DNA of 64,000 bases from the NCBI GenBank assembly GCA_010909165.1, contig VJWM01000107.1:682001-746000 (forward strand). The letters are read 5' to 3'. Shown piece after piece: positions 59,612 to 64,000 of this stretch. The first letter of the stretch is position 1; each line of letters opens with the position of its first letter. The position numbers and the translations under genes are program-made. This DNA is from Anthoceros angustus (taxonomy: Eukaryota; Plantae; Anthocerotophyta). A model generated the notes under the pieces. That model ran no database searches, had not been told where the DNA came from, and saw only the letters and a list, made by a program, of their open reading frames with translations.

Positions 59612-62600
59612 CTACTCAGGATGGTGGTCATCCGCCGGGGTTCTTGGTGGAAGCGGCTCCCAATTAGGTTTCATGTCCCAGAAGAAATCGTAGTAGATGT
59701 GCCCCACGTTAATTTTCTCCTTGCAGCACCATATTCCGGTGTAGAGGTTCAGTCGTCTTCTGAATTTTTCTTGTTTCATCTGCCGCATTCAAGAACTGTT
59801 TACCAACAAGATCCAGCAGAGGGAACCGTAATCTGCACCAGAAGCAGCAAGGCAAGTTCTCACCGTGTCTTGGAACCCGATGAATGCCTGATCTATGGAA
59901 GAAAACTCCAGAACCTTGACTCTGCTGTAAGACGCGAATGCCGCCTTGATCTGCAGCAAATGAGAACAGGTGAGCTCGCAGTGCGATCCTGTTGCAGTTG
60001 CAATTCCACATGCGAATAAAACCTAATTCGCCGTACCTCGTCCTCGGTACTGTTCCTGGGAAGCACCATGGTATGGGGAACGGGGGCCGCTAGCTTCTCT
60101 TCACACTCACCAGAACCCCTGTCACAGAGTTCCACCTTCAGAACTGAGGACCTCACCTGCGCAATAGTAGGAGGTTGAGGGATCAGGGACAGACTGCCTG
60201 CAGATGGATTGCTAATATTCACCACAACACCAACCTTCTTGGGCACTCTGTGGTTTCGCAAGAAGGAGTATTCACGGAAAGGAGTCGCTGGTCCGAAATC
60301 CTCCTCTGGAAGCGTTTCTACCATTTTGTTAACCTGTTGTTGCAAGCAGAATCATGTTAGACCAAGGAATCAAACAACATGACGGTAAGCTGCAACTAGT
60401 GGGGGCTTACTTCAAATATGTGATCCATGGGACACAGAAACGGTTGGCTTGTCTTGGTGTTGGCAAGCACACCAGGGTGCCCGAACCATAGGCGATCCAA
60501 CCGGCAGTGGAGGATGGGCATCACCTGCAAGGCACCAAAGTAGCTGAGAGAGAGGAGCTTTTGCAACCACCACCGTGGAAAATGCCCTAGTCCAGCGCCC
60601 CCGACATGAGAGTAGCAAGGCATGCATACCAGCACCCGTTTTAAGATTGTTGCAATCGCAAGGGCAGTCCGGACTTGCACCAGCTGCACAGGAGCACGCA
60701 GAGAAGTTTAGACATGGTGACACCAGGATGAATGCACATCCTCGATAGTGTAGGGAAGCTTACTTGATAGTTCACCAGATTGAAGTGGCTGCGCACATCG
60801 TGCTTCCCATGGTGCAGCAGCTCATCAGGTAATTCTGGAGAATAGGTCAAGAACCCATCTGCAGAAGCACAGGAGGATACCCATCAGACGCACTCTGTCT
60901 GTCGAGGGTGCTGAGGGAAATTTTAAAGCTTGAGGAGCAGAAGAGGGAACCTGGAGAGTCATAGTAATCTGCTGTGTCATAGAACAGTCTCCCTTCACGA
61001 AGTCGATGCCGCTTGCCAGGTGTTCCGCCATACTGGAAGGTCGTGTGCACCGCATAAGGCACAAGACCCAGCTTTTCCGGTAAAGCCTGCGTGCGGCCAA
61101 GAGCGGAGTGCTCAACCAATTGAACGAACATGGCCAAAATGCATATCACCCCATGAAGCAGGAATCTACCTGCACAAAGTATGTGTGCCCACTGCAAAAG
61201 ATGCTGACGGGAAGAACACCGAGCTTCAAGGTCCCATCATAGGCATAAACCAGCCCGTCCCCCTGATCAATAGCAGGACCCAGCTTCTTCCTCATCAAGT
61301 CATTGAATCCGTTCTGATCCCACACTGAGTCATCCGCCGCAAGGATCTGCTGCCATTCCATAGCCATGGCTTTGGCTGCGGTGGTGGGACGCCAGTGGAC
61401 TATCCCGATGTTGTACGCACCCCAAGCTGCAGGAGGCAACACAACCAAGACCAACCACATCATCCCTGGCTCATGGAAGCTCCGTGCAGCACCCTTCATC
61501 TAGTAGCAGAGTGGTTCCAGGACATGGGTACCTGCCCGTACCTAAACAGAGGGCAGCGGCATGTCCTGGTCACTTGGCCCCTATATTTCAAGGCTGGAGC
61601 ACACCCAAGCAGAAGCATGTTTCTCACATAGGCAGCACGGATTCTGCTCTCAAGTGCAGAACGGTTTTCTCTGAGAGGAAGGTCACCTCACCTTTGTCCC
61701 AAACCTCAAGCCCATCATTCTCCACCGAGTGCACCAGCTCATCACTCGATGTCAACACATCCGCATCCGGGAATCGTGCCATGTACGGAAGCGGGTTCTG
61801 CACAAACCAGAACATTTGGGGAACTGTCACAACCCTTCCCCTGACAGCTCAACAGCTAGACAAGACCTGTCTTCCCACGATACCTGCAACCAGACCATGT
61901 CGGTATCGCACATGAGCAGCTCGTACCCCAATTCCAGGAAGGCGTTCACCAAGACGACCTTTTCACGCCCCATCTTGTGGAACTGCTTGCTACCCCACCC
62001 CACATCGATGGTGTTCATGTTGCTCCCCATGTCGAACACAGGCACGCCAGCCCAGAACAGGGACTCCAGCGTCTTGTCATCCATGGCACCTTCATTCCCA
62101 CCACTGCACGCATTACAATTACTTCACCAGACTCCACCCCGCACCCACACCACCACCTGCTTCACATCCCCACCGCAGAAGCAGCCCCAACTCACCCACA
62201 AGAATGTTGGTCACATTCAAGTCCGTCAAATGCTTCACCCAGGTCAGCACGAAGTCCGTGAAGGCATGGTTGGAGAAGGTCACCACAACCACATTCCTCT
62301 CCGCTCTGAACTCCACCAACTCCTTCCTCAGCCGAAACTCCTCCCTGGCAGGAAATTCCGTCTCCAGAGCAGGAACCTCCCAAACCGGCCTCCGCAACAG
62401 GCTATGCAGCCCAGCCCCCGGCCCAGACCCAGACCCAGACCCACCATTCTCCTGTTCCTCAGGATCCTTAGCCGGCCCCTTCCCAGCACCATCCTCCTCA
62501 TGGGCCTCCTCCTGCGCATCCGCAACCCCCGCGACCGCATCTTCCGACAGCAATGCGGTCCCAGCAGCCTCCCCCCGCTCGGCGATCCCGGAGTCCCTGC

Positions 62601-62875
62601 CAGCTTCTTCCAAGCGCACACCGAATCAAAACCCACCACGCGAAATCAGAACCCACAACGCAAAATCAAAAACCCACCACAGAAATCCAAGCCCCAGAGC
62701 AAATCCAGCAGGCGCGCGGAGGCAAGATACCAGGTTGCAGCACATCGACAGCGGCATACCCCGGCGGGCGCCAGCGGGCCAGCGCCTCCCAGTACAGCGG
62801 CCTCCCGATATAGAAGAGCAGCAGCGAGGAGGCGAGGACTATGGCGAGCCTGGAGCCCACCTGCAGCGGCTTCAT
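59612..62875 (-). CDS. XEG113: Extensin arabinosyltransferase XEG113-like (GT77), multi-exon type II membrane protein
   Basis: FVLTWVKHLTDL, GVPVFDMGS...GWGSKQFHKMGREK, LMCDTDMVWL, WDQNGFN, FCSGHTYFVQ, HTTFQYGGTPGKRHRLREG, CRLDRLWFGHPG, GIWCC...HIYYD; stop at 59612. Confidence 0.95.
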
Positions 62876-62883
62876 CCCGGCGT

Positions 62884-63469
62884 CCAGCCCCCGGCTCGCT
62901 GGTTCGCTCTCACTCAGGGCCGCGCCGGGCTGCGTGTCCCGGCGTCACGACCCGCCAGACTCGGCGCAACGGCAACGGCAACGGCAACGCCAATTCCGCC
63001 CTTTCTTGCCCAGGCATGCTGCGGCCACAAAAGCCCGTGCGCGCACCACATTCCCATCCACCGAGCCCCGCATCCCGGCCCCGCCCGCTCACCGGGCAGC
63101 TCCACCTCCTGCCACCCTCACATCCGCCATCGCCACCACCTGCTCGCCAGATCAGGCAGCCTGCCCGCTGCTTCCAGCCCCGGCTCGCTGGTTCGCTCTC
63201 ACTCAGGGCCGCGCCGGGCTGCGTGTCCCGGCGTCACGACCCGCCAGACTCGGCGCAACGGCAGCAGCAGCAGCAACGCCAATTCCGCCCTTTCTTGCCC
63301 AGGCATGCTGCGGCCACAAAAGCCCGTGCGCGCACCACATTCCCATCCACCGAGCCCCGCATCCCGGCCCCGCCCGCTCACCGGGCGGCTCCACCTCCTG
63401 CCACCCTCACATCCGCCATCGCCACCACCTGCTCGCCAGATCGAGCAGCCTGCCCGCTGCTTCCAGCCC
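62884..63469. repeat. 289-bp tandem duplication upstream of XEG113
   Basis: 62884-63173 vs 63174-63469; the copies differ by a few substitutions and a microsatellite swap. Confidence 0.92.
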
Positions 63470-64000
63470 CCGAGTCTCACTCGACTCCCCTCAGACGCAC
63501 CAGTCACTAAGCTCGACTTCAGTGCGCCAGCCCATCATTCTGTCCTGGGCCCCGTGTTGGTGGACGTTATTATGGGCACGTGCTTCAAAGCACCCGGCCC
63601 CCTCGGGGCCCTGGGCCGCCCCCGCCTTCTTCTACCATGGTCAAACCACGGATAGCCCGTGACCCATAATTACATGCTTCCCATCTCCACATGAATAAGT
63701 AGAGATGGGGTGAGCGGCGAGCCATCTCTGCTTGCAGCATGCATACCTGTGTACCATAGTGCAAGGTGTTGGATCCTTGAGGGCGCACGTCTCAATCCCA
63801 TTTCAACAACCCACTCCATGGCCACAACTCATTCACGATCACCCAGTGGAGATGGGAGCAATTCTAAGGCAGTCGCTGAGGGTGGTTGATATTTTCCGGG
63901 AGGGAGAGACACGGAACAATTCTGTCCCTCGACTCCCGCCTCCGTTGGAAGAGGGATGTTGATAGCTCGATATAGGCTTCAACGGGGCTGGTCATGACAG

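Noticed and set aside
61729-63662. Long plus-strand ORFs (593, 483 and 273 aa)
   Set aside because: They are antisense shadows of GC-rich XEG113 exons and the 289-bp duplication; low-complexity peptides with no domain.
1-64000. tRNA, rRNA, CRISPR arrays or prokaryotic operons
   Set aside because: None seen; the only tRNA-related sequences are retrotransposon primer-binding sites.

Overview
Eukaryotic plant-type genomic DNA; the genes suggest a non-seed land plant or streptophyte alga, but the species cannot be fixed from sequence alone. Bases ~1-42,300 are a nested retroelement cluster: Ty3/gypsy remnants, four Ty1/copia elements, a 4.9-kb TG...CA solo-LTR-like unit present twice, and a CRE-like non-LTR element with a restriction-like endonuclease tail. 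Several insertions can be rebuilt exactly from target-site duplications (TSDs). Bases ~45,000-64,000 are gene-dense: an intronless KAB1 (K+ channel beta / aldo-keto reductase), a VIT1/CCC1-family MEB-like membrane protein with two repeat expansions, a GEM/GRAM-like pseudogene, a D-type cyclin and an XEG113-like arabinosyltransferase. Top leads: (1) the 4.9-kb LTR-like unit carries a ~660-codon gene whose homologue lies after the integrase of a different gypsy element in the same window; (2) the MEB-like gene has a 6x65-aa His/acidic array with an in-frame cryptic splice acceptor at each repeat boundary, plus a run of duplicated Cys-motif exons. Caveats: the TE half has four 1.2-1.9 kb indel-rich tandem duplications and many frameshifts that may be assembly noise. 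All family assignments come from motif recognition by eye, with no database search.
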